From Octopus bimaculoides (Eukaryota): a DNA stretch of 64,000 bases. The position numbers were made by a program, and so were the translations under genes. Position 1 is the stretch's first letter; each line of letters starts with the position of its first letter. The notes beneath the pieces were generated by a model. It searched no databases, had not been told where the DNA came from, and was given only the letters and a program-made list of their open reading frames with translations. Location: contig NC_068984.1 in NCBI RefSeq assembly GCF_001194135.2, positions 62,166,202 through 62,230,201 on the forward strand, read 5' to 3'. Positions 13,058 through 25,574 of the stretch are shown here, piece by piece.

Positions 13058-14119
13058 ATACTTATGTGTGTATGTATGTATGTATGTATGTATGTATATA
13101 TATATATATATATATATAAACAAATAGTAAATGAGTATATGCATATATACGTACAGGTATGTGCATACTGACATCCACCTGTATGTATAGGTGCATATCT
13201 GGGTACAGGACATTGCAAACAAAACAGAGACGAGAAAACACACAAGCCACATAGAGAACATTCTACTTCATCAGCTACCTCCGTTTTAACACCGGCGTTT
13301 CGGAGAGCTAGGCAGGACGCATCGTTAAAACAGCTCTTCCCATGGACCGCAAATTAAATCTGTATACACAAATTAAATCTTGCCATAGAGGAATGTTGTG
13401 GCGGACAAAAAACAAGACAGGNNNNNNNNNNNNNNNNNNNNNNNNNNNNNNNNNNNNNNNNNNNNNNNNNNNNNNNNNNNNNNNNNNNNNNNNNNNNNNN
13501 NNNNNNNNNNNNNNNNNNNNNNNNNNNNNNNNNNNNNNNNNNNNNNNNNNNNNNNNNNNNNNNNNNNNNNNNNNNNNNNNNNNNNNNNNNNNNNNNNNNN
13601 NNNNNNNNNNNNNNNNNNNNNNNNNNNNNNNNNNNNNNNNNNNNNNNNNNNNNNNNNNNNNNNNNNNNNNNNNNNNNNNNNNNNNNNNNNNNNNNNNNNN
13701 NNNNNNNNNNNNNNNNNNNNNNNNNNNNNNNNNNNNNNNNNNNNNNNNNNNNNNNNNNNNNNNNNNNNNNNNNNNNNNNNNNNNNNNNNNNNNNNNNNNN
13801 NNNNNNNNNNNNNNNNNNNNNNNNNNNNNNNNNNNNNNNNNNNNNNNNNNNNNNNNNNNNNNNNNNNNNNNNNNNNNNNNNNNNNNNNNNNNNNNNNNNN
13901 NNNNNNNNNNNNNNNNNNNNNNNNNNNNNNNCTTATGTGTGTATGTATGTATGTATGTATGTATGTATATATATATATATATATATATAAACAAATAGTA
14001 AATGAGTATATGCATATATACGTACAGGTATGTGCATACCGACATCCACCTGTATGTATAGGTGCATATCTGGGTACAGGGCATTGCAAACAAAACAGAG
14101 ACGAGAAAACACACAAGCC
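13058..14119. repeat. ~190 bp direct repeat (13058-13248 and 13932-14119) flanking a hammerhead-like segment and an N-gap
   Basis: Both copies read CTTATGTGTG(TATG)n(TA)nAACAAATAGTAAATGAG...CACACAAGCC and differ at two visible positions (ACTGAC/ACCGAC; CAGGAC/CAGGGC). Confidence 0.9.
13262..13332 (-). ncRNA. Putative hammerhead ribozyme with non-circularly permuted helix order
   Basis: Minus strand reads GCGUC CUGCCU AGC UCUCC GAAACGC CGGUGUUAAAACGG AGGUAG CUGAUGA A GUAGA. Core CUGAUGA, GAAA and GUC are all present. Stem I CUGCCU/AGGUAG (6 bp), stem III GCGU/ACGC, stem II GUAGA/UCUCC (4 of 5). Confidence 0.6.
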
Positions 14120-17049
14120 GAGATGTTAGAGCATAAAATATATGAATATATACTCATTCACACATTATTGCTTAATCTTTAAAACCTAGTACGGTAATAT
14201 AATTAACTGTCTATAAAATGAAATAACTCCTGTAAATGTATGCTTGCCAAAAACGTTAAAGAGCTTCATGTAAAAATAAGAGTTGGTCCCTTTTTGACAT
14301 ATTCCTTCATCTCTGTTTACTTTTCTTTCTAAAGATGGCGTCCCATTGACAGTAAAAAACGTTCTCTCTATGTAAGTTGACAATCGTTGATCGTGAAACC
14401 GGTACATATTCAATTTGTAATGATTTAATATGTTTCTAATATTACCATAAATTTTATTATACAAATTTTCTGTGACTTTTGCATTTCTTATATATATATA
14501 CGCACACACATATATGCATGCAAGTGTACTACATACATACACATATACACACATATTCATAATATATACATATCCTAGTTCAATACTAAACCTATAGTGT
14601 TAGGTGAAAACACACCATGGTTATTGCTGAGGCTTTCAGAAAAAAGGCCTGCAGTTAATAGGATCCATTGTAAGTCAACTTTAAACCAAATCTAACCTCT
14701 CCTACATGAAATCACAGTGTTACATTTATCCTTTGCACAAACACTCGCACACTCAGCACCTCATGATTCTAAAATGCTTGTCTTTGGAAGTAGTACCTTC
14801 TGATATCCAGAGTATATTTAGTAAGGTTATAGATGAATGCGAGACTAAGAACTATCCCATATACAAGACTTCAGCAGTAGATGACTTGGAAGAATTCAGT
14901 CACAACTCAACATCTATGAACACGAATGCCATTGGATTAAGCTGGTTAATCAACGATGAAGAACATCAAGGAACACACGAAACCATGCGCTTACAAATGT
15001 CTCTGTTCTTTGAATCGTTACAGCTTCTACATGCGTCTTCGACATCAGACGAGTAAGCTGGAAGCAACTAAACAAGAATCAGTATGGTGGCGTTAAAATG
15101 CTTGATTCAGTCGCTCGAATTTCGCAAGTAACAAGTATGTGACATTTGTACCTAGATCTCAACAAAACTATTTAAGTTCCATTCTGCTCGGCTTGGACTT
15201 GAAAGGGATTAAAAAGGGCGCTATAGAATTATACGAGATGATATTTACGGTGATTGAGCTATATGTAAAATATTGTAAATTATAGTATGGTAAATTATAG
15301 TATGACCTATGCATCTATGGTTGTTTTAAAAACTCATTTACAAATTCACATCCACTACAAAGCTATGGGTGAGCTGTTTCATGTAAAATCAGTAGTAAAA
15401 CAGGTGGTGCCTCAGCACTATTCATTATTTTATTACGAAGATCATCCACGCCAACTTACATCAACAATGTCAACTTACCTCTAGAAACAGAAATTGTCTA
15501 CTGAACACATGACAGACTTAGAGTGAAGCTGCTTTTAAGTAAAAAACAAATGGTGTATGCTTTCCATTACAGACTTTAAATATATAGATGACAACAATAT
15601 TGCTAATTATTTCCTACCTAACTACATTCTACTGGGCACAGAAGAAAATTTTACTATCATTAAAAAAAAAGAAAGAAAAACTAAGATTATCATCAAACCG
15701 ACTCTAAGAAAAATATAGTTAATTTCACTAATTCGAGTTTGAATTTTTCTGCCTTGGATGTTACCTGTAACGCGTGTCAATGGATAAAAACTCATGTTGC
15801 CTGATGCGGCTATTATTCAGTTTGAATGACAAGCCATCCGCACACTGCACTGCATTTACAAGGACGCTGCGCCGCGTGCTCTGCCAACTGTTTTAAATAT
15901 TTGGTTACAAGGCTTGTGTACGCATTTTAAATCTTGATATAATATCGCGATATTCTGAAGGTATAAAAAAAACTTCTAACAACACTTTCTTCAAAACATC
16001 TTAGATGTTAGCTGGCATGACAAAAAGAAAACGACGTTAGTGAGTTGAAAGGATAAAAACAAACATTGAAGTCACTGTCATCAAATACCGACTTATTTTA
16101 ACTGGTTATGATTTTCAGATGAAATCCGAAGCAAATCTCCAACTATGAGATCAGTAAGAAAAACGTAACAGAAATGTATAACAGAAGAGACTAAAAATAC
16201 GCCTTACTAAAGATATACAATCCTGAAAAGGACATTAACTGAGAAAGCAATATTAACTTTTACTGAGAATACTCTAATGTTGAATGAGTAACTGGGAAGA
16301 GTTTCTGAATTTCGATAATGGTTGAGGATCACATCATGAAAGTGTGTGTTATAATTCGCAAAAATACTCATCTAACTACCAGGGAAGTTCTATAACATGT
16401 TAACGAATGTAAACGTTTGAACTGCATGATATTATAAAACATCTGCTGACAGGTAAACAAAAAGAGAACGGGGTTAGTCTATCAGGTGCCGCTTTCTCGT
16501 TCAAATGCTTCTACGTGTTCAATCAACGAAGTAATTAGGACTTTTTTCTCGTGTTTGTGTCTGTATGCGAATTTACGTGTGCGTATGTGTCTATATATTA
16601 CTGTTTAGCTCTTGATGAAACCGAACTCCGATCCAGCTTATGTTATTACACACTGTGCACATATATGAGTACCTTAACCAATCTGTCCCTCTCCTTTCTT
16701 GACAGTAGGCTGCAATATTTTACTATTTCTATTTTGCGATTGCTATTTTTAGCAGTTTGAATGGCCACATGGAAATTTCCTCTGTCTCGTGTCCTATGTG
16801 TGTGTATGTGTGTATTGCATGTGTGTGTGTTGCATGTGTGTGTCTGTGCGTGTGTACGCGCGCTTGTTTTTGTGTGTGTATTTTTGTTTGTGATTGTGTG
16901 TACTTATATAGACATCTTTATCAATTTAAAATATACTGGACACTATCCAGCAACATCATTTCACATTCGTTTAATATGATGTTCTGCCTTTATCTAACTG
17001 TAAGTATTTAGAGCACGTAAAATAAATATAGTTGAACAACTCTTTGAGA

Positions 17050-17450
17050 TAGGAAGGTGATCAAAGACAGACGGAAGTGAAAAGGGGGGAGAATTAAATG
17101 ACAATGATAAAGTAGTGAAGAAAGAAAGGGGTAAAGGAATACAGAAAGAAGAATAAATAAAAAAACAAGTAAATCTACAAGGAAAGAAAAGAATGTAAAG
17201 AGGAATTAAGAAAGAGAATGGAGAGAAGGAGTATTAAATGGAAGAAGGAAAGTAATAAAAAGTATAGAAAAAAATTAAATGAAAAATGAAGAAGAAAACG
17301 GAAGAGAATGATGAAATAAACAACAACGAAGAATAAAACGAGTAGAGAAATAAAGAATAGAACAGTGACAGAGAAGGAATCACAGAAAAAAATAAAGAAA
17401 GATTGCAATACAGATAACAATGAAGGAAGACGGAATGACTGACACACCAG
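17050..17450. repeat. Purine-rich (A/G) low-complexity tract
   Basis: Directly visible. It generates the Phe/Leu-rich antisense ORFs 17175-17605. Confidence 0.9.
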
Positions 17451-17851
17451 CATTGCTTTGAACTAAATATTTCAGAAAAAAACAAAAAGAAAATTGTAAA
17501 TGGAATTAAAAGGAAATATTGAAAAAGGGACACGCTATCTGAATGTATTATATATGTCAGTTCGTGTCTTTTAATGGTATATAATACTTGTAATTTACTT
17601 TTCAAGCGATTTTGGAAAAGAAAGAAAATTCACAATCATTTTCGAAAGAAAAAAAAGAATGTCGAACAAAAAACAAAAACGTAGTTGGGTCATTGTCAAC
17701 AGGGGTGCGCGGGAATTCGATAAATTTTGTATCTATAAATATATCTATGTCTCAGTGTGTTTATGTGCGCGTGCGTGGGTGTTTGAATGCGTGTATGTGT
17801 ATTTGAATGCGTGTATGTGTGTTTGAATGCGCATGTGTGTCCGTCCTTGTG

Positions 17852-17890
<39 letters not shown>

Positions 17891-18227
17891 TTATGAGTGT
17901 GTGCAAGTGTGTGTGCAAGTGTGTGGATGTGTGCGTGAGTGTGATTCTAAGAAGATGAGTTGAAGATAAAATAACACATCCGCTAACGGAATCTGACAGC
18001 TGTCTTTAAGGAATATAAGAATCGAAGTAGACAAGGCGTGAAAATAGTTTGGTGATGAACAATGTACCAGACAGTTCGGTATAATCACAATAATCAACAC
18101 TCTTTTCTCGGTTCTCAAAAAGCCATTCAATATATTTATTCCGACGTTTATTTATATTTACTCGTTTATACGCACACAATACACACATAAACATTCTTAT
18201 ACAGACTGGTGTGTGTGTGTGTCTACG

Positions 18228-18266
<39 letters not shown>

Positions 18267-19108
18267 GTATATATATATGTATATATATATCTATGTATAC
18301 ATATGTATGTTTATATATATGTATATATATATGCGTGTGTATATATATATGTGTATATGTATGCATATACACACACGCACATATTTATTTATACACATAC
18401 CACACAAGTATTTCTATGCGTGTATTAGAGTGTAGAAATCATTTATTTTCTAAAACATTTAATTACATTCTTCAAAAAGTAGTTACTATAGTTATAGCAT
18501 CTTACCTTCATTTATTTGGCAATTTTCCTAAAATCTATGCCGAACTTAAATTCAGATCAGTGACTATTATTTATACTAATTAATATATCGTGTATGGTCA
18601 AATAAACGCATAATTTTGCTTCGTACGAATCTCTCATATATATGCAAGCTGTAGAAAAGTATCCGATAATACGGCTGTATATGCTCCAAAATTCACACTC
18701 GTATGAATATAACGTGCTTATACGAATAGATAAACACTCCTATATATTTGTAAGTATGTATGTATGTATGTATATATGTATGTATGTATGTATGTATATA
18801 TATATATNNNNNNNNNNNNNNNNNNNNNNNNNNNNNNNNNNNNNNNNNNNNNNNNNNNNNNNNNNNNNNNNNNNNNNNNNNNNNNNNNNNNNNNNNNNNN
18901 NNNNNNNNNNNNNNNNNNNNNNNNNNNNNNNNNNNNNNNNNNNNNNNNNNNNNNNNNNNNNNNNNNNNNNNNNNNNNNNNNNNNNNNNNNNNNNNNNNNN
19001 NNNNNNNNNNNNNNNNNNNNNNNNNNNNNNNNNNNNNNNNNNNNNNNNNNNNNNNNNNNNNNNNNNNNNNNNNNNNNNNNNNNNNNNNNNNNNNNNNNNN
19101 NNNNNNNN

Positions 19109-19154
<46 letters not shown>

Positions 19155-20889
19155 TATATGTCTGCGTGGACATGTATGCATTTATGCCTCTATGTTTGTG
19201 TGCGTATTTCTGTGATTTCATGTAAACGAACTCGTACACGTGAATTAAGTATAGCTGGTCGGTATTTTTATTTATTTTTGTTTTTGTTATTATTGTTGTC
19301 TAGCACCGGATCAAATCTGATCGAGTGAAACTTTTTTTTTATTTGTCTCTTAAATATGTGCTTAATATTCCCTTACACTTTTGAAATATTAGATTCAAGT
19401 CACTATAAATTTTCTCAATGTTATTTAAAGATAACGATTTTGAGGAATTAATTGTTTGGTACTTATTTTATAGCCCATACTTGCGCTTTTTTTGTGTGTG
19501 TTTCTATATGTCTTGAATCATACTTATAGTAAAAGTCATATACTAAAAACAATATTGTTATCAAGTCTGAATTAGTAATTTGATAACGCAAGTATGTACA
19601 ATAATATTGGTATACAGATAAATGAATATATATATTTGCTATAGTTATGCCATAATTATTCCCGAATCAATTACTATTCTACGCATGCGTCTGATTTAAT
19701 AGTGGTGCTGTTCGTTTGAAACGAAAACTTTCAAGATCGTACTAATGCATGTCAATTCTATATTATTTAAACATTTTAGCATTTGATGGCATTCAAATTT
19801 CAGGTAAAGTGATTGGCTCGATTCTCTATGTGGTTCTTTTCTTAAAATCTTTTATTTCCGTCTATCCAATTGAGACTGTGTTTCATCTACTACTCCTAGA
19901 AACCAGAGTAAGTGGGTGGACATATTAGGTTGAACTACATTGTTCCATAATCTCAATAATTGGGATAAATTTATGGGCGCTTGGAGAAAAGCAGCAGCCG
20001 TAAGAGCGATATCTAGCTGGATAACACATAAAATAACGTATTGTAAATGGGTGTAACAAACGTTTAAATTATATTCCTCCAAATTACTAAATCGGTTATA
20101 AGTATAAGTAAACCGGGTATAAGTATCAAATGTTATACCCTCGAATATAATAACTAAAACAATAAATAATGTTTATATATATANNNNNNNNNNNNNNNNN
20201 NNNNNNNNNNNNNNNNNNNNNNNNNNNNNNNNNNNNNNNNNNNNNNNNNNNNNNNNNNNNNNNNNNNNNNNNNNNNNNNNNNNNNNNNNNNNNNNNNNNN
20301 NNNNNNNNNNNNNNNNNNNNNNNNNNNNNNNNNNNNNNNNNNNNNNNNNNNNNNNNNNNNNNNNNNNNNNNNNNNNNNNNNNNNNNNNNNNNNNNNNNNN
20401 NNNNNNNNNNNNNNNNNNNNNNNNNNNNNNNNNNNNNNNNNNNNNNNNNNNNNNNNNNNNNNATATATAAGACGAAAGATGTGTGTATGTGTGTGTGTGT
20501 GTGTAAATGTATGTGACCGACCATTAGCTCGATGCTACGTTAAATCAATATTTTTGATCCGCTTTCGTTCATTCTTGGCAAATATATCACTTATGTTCCA
20601 CAGAAGGTTCTACACTCTTTAGATTTGTCACTTATACAGTAAAACGGAGCAGTGAGGCATCTAGGATCGGAAGTTCAGAAGAACCTCCTATAGTGAGATT
20701 GAGGATAAGGGAAGTAACTCTTTGCGAAGAAATTCACTGTCTTTTTTACACCGGAAGGTGTGTGCGCGCGTGTGTATTACCTCATTCGCAGAGAAACATC
20801 CTACAACATCCAAAAACTTAAACAGTAGAACGAACACAGCTGTTACCATAAGGCGTTCGGTAAATTCCGTAAAATTTTTTTTTTTTTAT

Positions 20890-21009
20890 TTCTGTGTACA
20901 TTTCCTGCGATGTCAGCATAAAGTGAAAGAGAGAAAATTGACAGGGTCATGTGTACATGTTGATGATAGGTGCGAGACAAAAAGTGTAGGAGAGAGAGAT
21001 GTGTGTTGC

Positions 21010-21042
<33 letters not shown>

Positions 21043-21145
21043 GTGTGTGTGTATGTGTGTGTGTGTGTGTGCGTATGTGTGTGTGCGTGTGTGTGTGTGT
21101 GTGAAGGAGAGAACAGTGTACATTTTTAGAATTTGTTTTCCTCAC
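20890..21145 (-). repeat. Interspersed repeat copy, inverted relative to 22080-22330
   Basis: Reverse complement GAGGAAAACAAATT..AAATGTACACTGTT.CTCTCC...CAGCAACACACATCT...ACTTTTTGTCTCGCACC...GTCAATTTTCTCTCTTTCACTTTATGCTGACA matches 22083-22303. Confidence 0.85.
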
Positions 21146-22049
21146 NNNNNNNNNNNNNNNNNNNNNNNNNNNNNNNNNNNNNNNNNNNNNNNNNNNNNNN
21201 NNNNNNNNNNNNNNNNNNNNNNNNNNNNNNNNNNNNNNNNNNNNNNNNNNNNNNNNNNNNNNNNNNNNNNNNNNNNNNNNNNNNNNNNNNNNNNNNNNNN
21301 NNNNNNNNNNNNNNNNNNNNNNNNNNNNNNNNNNNNNNNNNNNNNNNNNNNNNNNNNNNNNNNNNNNNNNNNNNNNNNNNNNNNNNNNNNNNNNNNNNNN
21401 NNNNNNNNNNNNNNNNNNNNNNNNNNNNNNNNNNNNNNNNNNNNNNNNNNNNNNNNNNNNNNNNNNNNNNNNNNNNNNNNNNNNNNNNNNNNNNNNNNNN
21501 NNNNNNNNNNNNNNNNNNNNNNNNNNNNNNNNNNNNNNNNNNNNNNNNNNNNNNNNNNNNNNNNNNNNNNNNNNNNNNNNNNNNNNNNNNNNNNNNNNNN
21601 NNNNNNNNNNNNNNNNNNNNNNNNNNNNNNNNNNNNNNNNNNNNNNNNNNNNNNNNNNNNNNNNNNNNNNNNNNNNNNNNNNNNNNNNNNNNNNNNNNNN
21701 NNNNNNNNNNNNNNNNNNNNNNNNNNNNNNNNNNNNNNNNNNNNNNNNNNNNNNNNNNNNNNNNNNNNNNNNNNNNNNNNNNNNNNNNNNNNNNNNNNNN
21801 NNNNNNNNNNNNNNNNNNNNNNNNNNNNNNNNNNNNNNNNNNNNNNNNNNNNNNNNNNNNNNNNNNNNNNNNNNNNNNNNNNNNNNNNNNNNNNNNNNNN
21901 NNNNNNNNNNNNNNNNNNNNNNNNNNNNNNNNNNNNNNNNNNNNNNNNNNNNNNNNNNNNNNNNNNNNNNNNNNNNNNNNNNNNNNNNNNNNNNNNNNNN
22001 NNNAACACCTCTCTCTCTCTCTTTTTCTCCGACAACACCTCTTTCTCTC

Positions 22050-24319
22050 TCAGTTAATCACTCATACACTAAAAAGAGATGCGAGGAAAAATAAATTAAA
22101 ATAATGTACGCTGTTACTCTCTCCCTCACGCACACACACCCTCACATACACCCACAAACAGAGCAACACACATCTTCTCACTCTCTTTGTCTCTCTCTCA
22201 CACACATACACACACGACGCACACTTTCTGTCTCGCACCACCTATTGACATATACACACGTCCCAGTCAATTTTCTCTCTCTTTCACTTTATCCTGACAC
22301 TAAAGTAAATGTACATTTCCACCCACAAAAAATATAAAACAATTTTTTTTACTTATTTTACCCAACGCTATACTTTAACAGCTGCTAAATCAGATTTTAG
22401 TTTGACATTTTTGCGAGTCATAATCGAAAGATCACCCAATTTCCTCATCGGAAACATCTACACATAGACTGCAGAATCATCTTCTTACAAGCACCCGTTG
22501 GAACTGGAAAAGCATTCCTCCTGAATCTTCTTCTTGCGAAGTTGCTGCATAATGATGACCTTGCTATTGTTGTTGCCACCTTAGAAATAGTCTCGACTCT
22601 TCTCGACGGTTGACGCACAGCACAATCTACCTTCAAATTTCCTTTTAATGTGGCACACCAAGAATCTGTCACATAATGCATTCCTCGGACGAAGCGACAA
22701 TTTTGAGAAAGTGCAAACTCATTGTTTGTGATGAAGCCACTACCTCCATTAAATGTTCCCTACAAGCACTTCATACCACAATGAGAGACCTTAGATCAAA
22801 CATCAACATCCTTGGAGGTGCAACTCTACTTCTTGCAGGAGATATTCGAGAAAATCTATTATACCCAAAGAACACCCGCAGATGTCCTTAAAATAGTCCT
22901 CCTTTGGTCGCATGTCCAATCAAAATAATTCACTACCAACATGATATCACTCCTACAGACTGATTAACCTATAATTCAGTTTTCGGATATGCTCCTTAGA
23001 ATCGGCAATGGGCAAATTATGTCCGATGACAACAGATATATTGACACTACTACCGTTGGCTACACTGAATGATTTATATTCAGCCGTTGACCCAAACCTT
23101 ACAACGGAATACATAAAACCAGATTGGCTTCGCGATAGGGCTGTTCTTGCACCTAAAAATGCAGCTGTCAACACTCTAAACTACGACTTACTCAGTCAGG
23201 TGTCTTCTCAAGAACGTTGTTACAAATCAGTTGACGCCGTTATAGAGTTCGATCAGGTTACACAATTTCCAACAGAATTTCTCAACTCTCAAGATACTTC
23301 AGGACTCCCTCCCCATGAACGTCACTTAAAAGTCGGTTGCCTGTCATCCTCCTACACAATCTAAACTCGCCCATACCATGCAATGGAACTCGCTTTGTGG
23401 TCAACAAATGATGGACCACGTCATTGGATCCAAAATTATTACGAGACACGGCAAAAATGATACCGTTTTCATTCCGAAAATTCCGTTAACCCCAAGAGAC
23501 TGCCCCTATTTAAAGACTTCAGTTCCCTCTGAAACTCAGCTTCACCATGACAATTAACAAAGCACAAGGTCAGTCGCTGAAAGTTGTCGGATTGGACCTT
23601 CGAACATTGTGCTTTTTTCATGGACAGTTCTACGTCAGTTGTTCCAGAATTGGCTATGCATATAAATTATTCCTTTATGCTTCTGAAGGAAAAACAGAGA
23701 ATGTCGTCTGCAAAGCAGCCCTACAGTAGTTATTCCTCTACTGCATTCTTCACATCGGCGACAAACTGNNNNNNNNNNNNNNNNNNNNNNNNNNNNNNNN
23801 NNNNNNNNNNNNNNNNNNNNNNNNNNNNNNNNNNNNNNNNNNNNNNNNNNNNNNNNNNNNNNNNNNNNNNNNNNNNNNNNNNNNNNNNNNNNNNNNNNNN
23901 NNNNNNNNNNNNNNNNNNNNNNNNNNNNNNNNNNNNNNNNNNNNNNNNNNNNNNNNNNNNNNNNNNNNNNNNNNNNNNNNNNNNNNNNNNNNNNNNNNNN
24001 NNNNNNNNNNNNNNNNNNNNNNNNNNNNNNNNNNNNNNNNNNNNNNNNNNNNNNNNNNNNNNNNNNNNNNNNNNNNNNNNNNNNNNNNNNNNNNNNNNNN
24101 NNNNNNNNNNNNNNNNNNNNNNNNNNNNNNNNNNNNNNNNNNNNNNNNNNNNNNNNNNNNNNNNNNNNNNNNNNNNNNNNNNNNACGAAAATGGTAATTA
24201 TACATTTTGCGCTTATTAACTTGAAACGACTACTAACTGTGCACTAATTCAGCTTAAACCGTTCACAGGAGTGCCCCGTTATAATAATTACACTGTCCAA
24301 AGGACGGGTGCCTTTGCCA

Positions 24320-24320
<1 letters not shown>
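22050..24320 (+). mobile_element. Helitron remnant: Pif1-family helicase pseudogene (22445-23729) plus 3' terminus
   Basis: APVGTGKAFLL (Walker A), TAQSTFKFP, KLIVCDEA (Walker B), GGATLLLAGDIRE, LRIGNG, RAVLAPKN, FPTEFLNS...[28 protein letters not shown]...[10 protein letters not shown]. Hairpin GTCC-AAA-GGAC (24295-24305), then CCAG|T at 24317-24321 (variant of CTAG|T), followed by (TA)n. The 5' boundary is uncertain. Confidence 0.9.
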
Positions 24321-24367
<47 letters not shown>

Positions 24368-25574
24368 CATGCTAATAATGAAGATTTTTTTGTTTCTTTT
24401 CAAATTCTGCTTATCATCGTTACTACCAAGCAAAATATGATTAAACTAACCATTATGCAAAGATTTTTAATCCATGAAAATCACGTACAGGATATTCTCC
24501 AATGTGGTTTCCCTTCCCAAAAAGGTTCTGTGATCTCAGAAATTTTGGTTGTTATTTCTATCATGCTAAGCAACCACTAAGAAATTGTTTTGTAATGTGT
24601 GGCTTATGGGAGATATGCTAACATATACTATGATGCTGTATTTCTGCATATTGAGATTTATTTAAAGCTCACACCAAATCTGATAAAATCAGATGTCGAA
24701 ATGAATACGATGTCAAACATCCAAGCAAAGCAACAGTCAATGGACAATTTAACCTTACAACGATTAACGTATTTTCTAGGGTCAACGCATTTATTTTGTA
24801 CTTGCCCAGTCCAGCGACCTCACTAAATATACAAAAGAGAGTAACCAAGACGTTAAGGCTTACCAAGCAAATATGAATTGCTTGTAATCTTATTTGTATG
24901 ATCTAATATGAAGTGTCATATTAATGTACATAACATTTTAGAAAGAAATTTGAGAAAATAGAGTACATTAAGCTCAACAAAAATCCACCCAAGAAAGAGA
25001 TGGTGATGTTAAAACGTAATTGGTTACGTCTATTGCACGATATTTTGTGGAGCCTACACAAACGTCTTTCCATCAATCCGGTTTCGCTCGGAAGGTTTCG
25101 GTCTATGCAAGAAAGCACAAGCCCACACTGATTGTTTCTTCGATTCTAAGAACATGTTATGAACCGTTGTCTTCATAAATTCGTGTATAGTTCTGAAAAT
25201 TATATTGATTTTAGAACGATTGTGCTGAAGAACCCCGGACGATTTTACGTAAGTAAAAGAGTTGATGGCGAAACCGGTACACAATTAATTCTTTATTTTG
25301 TATATTTTTCATTTTGTCCTGCCCACCCCACATGCTCTGGTGTTTGCTGAATTTTTTTCAGGAGAACATTACTTTTCTTTGTGGTTGGGTCGTTGATAAC
25401 CTCTTTCTAGCATATTGGATGTCCGCCTAGTGGTCATCCCTTCTTATACACATGTAATACAATTTTTCTGAATTATCAGATTTTTATACGCTAGACCACT
25501 GGTTTTAAATTGAAATTAATATTCAATTTATCACCCTCAGGATATAAAAGTATATATATACATATATACAACTA

